Assembly (NCBI GenBank): GCA_043800705.1
Contig: JAZDMS010000009.1
Location: 1 to 35,785, forward strand
From: Candidatus Altiarchaeota archaeon
GTDB taxonomy: Archaea > Altiarchaeota > Altiarchaeia > IMC4 > SCGC-AAA252-I15
Length of the DNA stretch: 35,785 bases
Direction: 5' to 3'
Position 1 is the first letter of the stretch; each line of letters starts with the position of its first letter. Both the position numbers and the translations under genes were made by a program. Positions 33,581 to 35,785 of the stretch are shown piece after piece. The notes beneath the pieces were generated by a model, which made no database searches, was not told the DNA's origin, and was given only the letters and a program-made list of their open reading frames with translations.

Positions 33581-35785
33581 ATGAGGATAAACCGCGTCGA
33601 AACGAAGGCCTACACCATCTCGGAAGGGGCTGAGGAGGCCGCCCTCAGGCACTTCAAGGAAAGGGCCTCCCAGATGGAGACGGATTCCAAAGGGACTGTG
33701 AGCCAGGAACTCACCTACCACTACAGCCCGATAGCGGTCCTGTCCGCTGTAAAATACGACAAGGACGGAAAGGGAATCGTCATAAGCGGAATGGAGAACA
33801 GCTTCCATGTCGGCCTACATGACGCATACTTCTACATTTTCAAGGAGAATAATGTGCGCGAGTCGGTGAAGGAAACCATCATCCCAAGCTCCGACGTCCA
33901 GATAGAGCGCCTCGACCTTTTATTGAAAATATCCACGCTTTCGCCGAAGGCCCTGCAGACCATGGGCTACCTTCTGGACAATGGCACGACATTCTTTGAT
34001 AAGCTGGACATGCCGACCCAGACGGCGGCGAAGGAGCTTTCAGGCAGAAAATACGCGGAAATCTACCGGTCGGTCGACAAGGAGGGAGACTTCATGGCGG
34101 TCTTCAGGGAGATTGTGGAATTCCAGCCCGTCACGCCGCTTTGGAAGGTTAAGCCGATGCTGCCCGCCCCACGCTTCATGAGCACGAGATACAACCTCTC
34201 CATGATGCTACGTTCTGGGGACGTGGTCGAAGACGAGGTGGAGCTGGAGAAGATCGGCCACGCCCCGGAAAAGATCGGATACATCCTCTCGACGCTGTTT
34301 AACTGCCAGCTGAAACTGGACAGGATAGTGTATCTGCCGTACATCTCCTGCACCTTCAGCTGGCAGGGGAAGCAGGCGATTGAGACACGGTACATACCCT
34401 GCTTCAAGAACGCAAATGCGAAGAAATATCTGAAGCCGAAGAAACTCAGGACCATAATGCTTGGCACGAAAGGCCACGGCCTTGAATCGATCCCGTTCGA
34501 GGACGTGACGATAAACTTCTCGAACGTCGCAGGCATGGAGGACGTGAAGAAGCGCCTGCGCGAAGGCATAATCTACCCCATCGCCCACCCCGAGCTGTCC
34601 AAGGAGTTCGGCACAAAAGGCGGCGGCGGAGTCCTCCTCTACGGGCCGCCCGGATGCGGCAAGACCTACATCATGAGGGCTGCGGTCGGGGAGGCGGGTG
34701 TCAACTTCTACACGGTCGAGATTCCGGACATCATAGGCGACGACCCGGAGGCGTCCTCAAAGAAGCTGGATGAGGCCTTCAACGAGGCGAGGCAGGGCGC
34801 CCCGTCGATTGTGTTCTTCGACGAGATCGAGGCGCTGGGCGGGGCGAGGAAGGCCGGCCAGAGAGGTTCGGAGCACAGGATGGTTAACCAGTTCCTGACC
34901 GACATGGAGGGTGTGGTCGCCTCCAACGTCAACGTCCTCATAGTCGGCTCGACCAACGCGCCATGGGACATGGACGCGGCGCTTCGCCGAAGCGGCAGGT
35001 TCACGAACCAGATATTCATCCCCCCGCCGGACATGGAATCCAGGACCCAGCTCTTCAAGCTGCACGTAAAAGGCCGCCCGATTTCGCCCGACGTCGACTT
35101 GGGGAAGCTGGCGGAGCTGACGGAAAACTATTCGTCCGCGGACATCACCGCTATCTGCGAGGAGGCGGCGAAGATCCCCTGGAGCGAGAGCGTCCACGGC
35201 GGCGCGAAGAGGGACATATCGATGGCCGACTTCCACAGCATACTGGACCAGAGGGAATCGACGATAATCCCATGGCTCAGGGTGGCGGAGAAGCAGCTTC
35301 GGGACTCGGGCGAATCCGACCTCTTCCCCGAACTAGCGGACTACGTCTTCAAGAGGGCTGGCGGGATAGAGATGGTCTCGCAGCCGAAGCTCAAGTTCAA
35401 GGACGTCGGCGGACTCGACGACGTCAAGGAGGAGATAAAGAACAAGATAGTCTACCCCCTCAAGAACCCCGAGGCCGCGAAACAGTACGGGCGCAAGCTC
35501 GGGGGAGGAATGCTCCTATACGGTCCGCCGGGCTGCGGTAAAACCTACATAGCCAAGGCGACAGCGGGGGAATGCGAGGCATCATTCTTCAACGTGAAGA
35601 TAACCGACCTCCTGTCCCCCGAGGAGGGCGTCACCGAGAAGCGCCTCCACAGCATCTTCGAGCGGGCTGGCCGCAATACGCCGGCGGTCATCTTCTTCGA
35701 CGAGATCGACGCCGTCGCCGGGCGGCGTTCGTCCGCGGAGGGCGGTCCGGAGCGCAGGCTCATCAATCAGTTCCTGACGGAGATG
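33581..35785 (+). CDS. Tandem classic-clade AAA ATPase (CDC48/Vps4-like modules) with unrecognised ~300-aa N-domain; 3' partial
   Basis: Frame is open from ATG 33581 to the window end, hence absent from the ORF track. Two modules: FSNVAGMEDVK..LLYGPPGCGKT..FFDEIE..STNAPWDMDAALRRSGRF and FKDVGGLDDVK..LLYGPPGCGKT..FFDEID. Confidence 0.92.
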   Translation, partial: MRINRVETKAYTISEGAEEAALRHFKERASQMETDSKGTVSQELTYHYSPIAVLSAVKYDKDGKGIVISGMENSFHVGLHDAYFYIFKENNVRESVKETIIPSSDVQIERLDLLLKISTLSPKALQTMGYLLDNGTTFFDKLDMPTQTAAKELSGRKYAEIYRSVDKEGDFMAVFREIVEFQPVTPLWKVKPMLPAPRFMSTRYNLSMMLRSGDVVEDEVELEKIGHAPEKIGYILSTLFNCQLKLDRIVYLPYISCTFSWQGKQAIETRYIPCFKNANAKKYLKPKKLRTIMLGTKGHGLESIPFEDVTINFSNVAGMEDVKKRLREGIIYPIAHPELSKEFGTKGGGGVLLYGPPGCGKTYIMRAAVGEAGVNFYTVEIPDIIGDDPEASSKKLDEAFNEARQGAPSIVFFDEIEALGGARKAGQRGSEHRMVNQFLTDMEGVVASNVNVLIVGSTNAPWDMDAALRRSGRFTNQIFIPPPDMESRTQLFKLHVKGRPISPDVDLGKLAELTENYSSADITAICEEAAKIPWSESVHGGAKRDISMADFHSILDQRESTIIPWLRVAEKQLRDSGESDLFPELADYVFKRAGGIEMVSQPKLKFKDVGGLDDVKEEIKNKIVYPLKNPEAAKQYGRKLGGGMLLYGPPGCGKTYIAKATAGECEASFFNVKITDLLSPEEGVTEKRLHSIFERAGRNTPAVIFFDEIDAVAGRRSSAEGGPERRLINQFLTEM

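Noticed and set aside
1194-35766. Numerous antisense and alternate-frame ORFs overlapping recognised genes (e.g. 7482-8408, 22577-23437, 29064-29762, 34963-35541)
   Set aside because: Shadow ORFs are expected in GC-rich coding DNA, and these have no independent motifs.
1-35785. tRNA or rRNA genes
   Set aside because: No cloverleaf/T-loop or rRNA signature seen in intergenic regions by eye; tRNAscan-SE or Infernal would be needed to exclude them.

Overview
Archaeal chromosomal window; gatD, tiaS, nreA, an archaellin, DUF1610 and GAGGTGA-type SD sites support this. An Altiarchaeota/DPANN-related lineage is a guess from gene style only. Housekeeping content: NifU-C, class II RNR nrdJ with a LAGLIDADG intein ending in Gln, a CobA/BtuR adenosyltransferase with a 4-Cys insertion, DUF116, ferredoxin, SPFH, PRC-barrel, nadC, sua5, gatD, tiaS, TctA-like permease, nreA, archaellin, SdpI, trkAH, an N-terminal-only pheT and a partial tandem-AAA ATPase. 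The left edge holds the 5' end of an IS110-type transposase with a structured upstream non-coding region. The strongest unexplained signal lies at 12.2-16.9 kb: an ExeA/Cdc6-like AAA+-winged-helix gene and an unannotated 53-aa ribbon-helix-helix gene sit in a field of TAAGTCA/TGACTTA boxes. These boxes form inverted, 10-13 bp-spaced arrays around an AT-rich core and extend into the gatD and tiaS coding sequences, suggesting an origin, terminus or partition system. The second strongest signal is a full-length class III RNR homologue that appears to lack both active-site cysteines (candidate pseudoenzyme). All calls come from reading the sequence by eye; no database searches were run.
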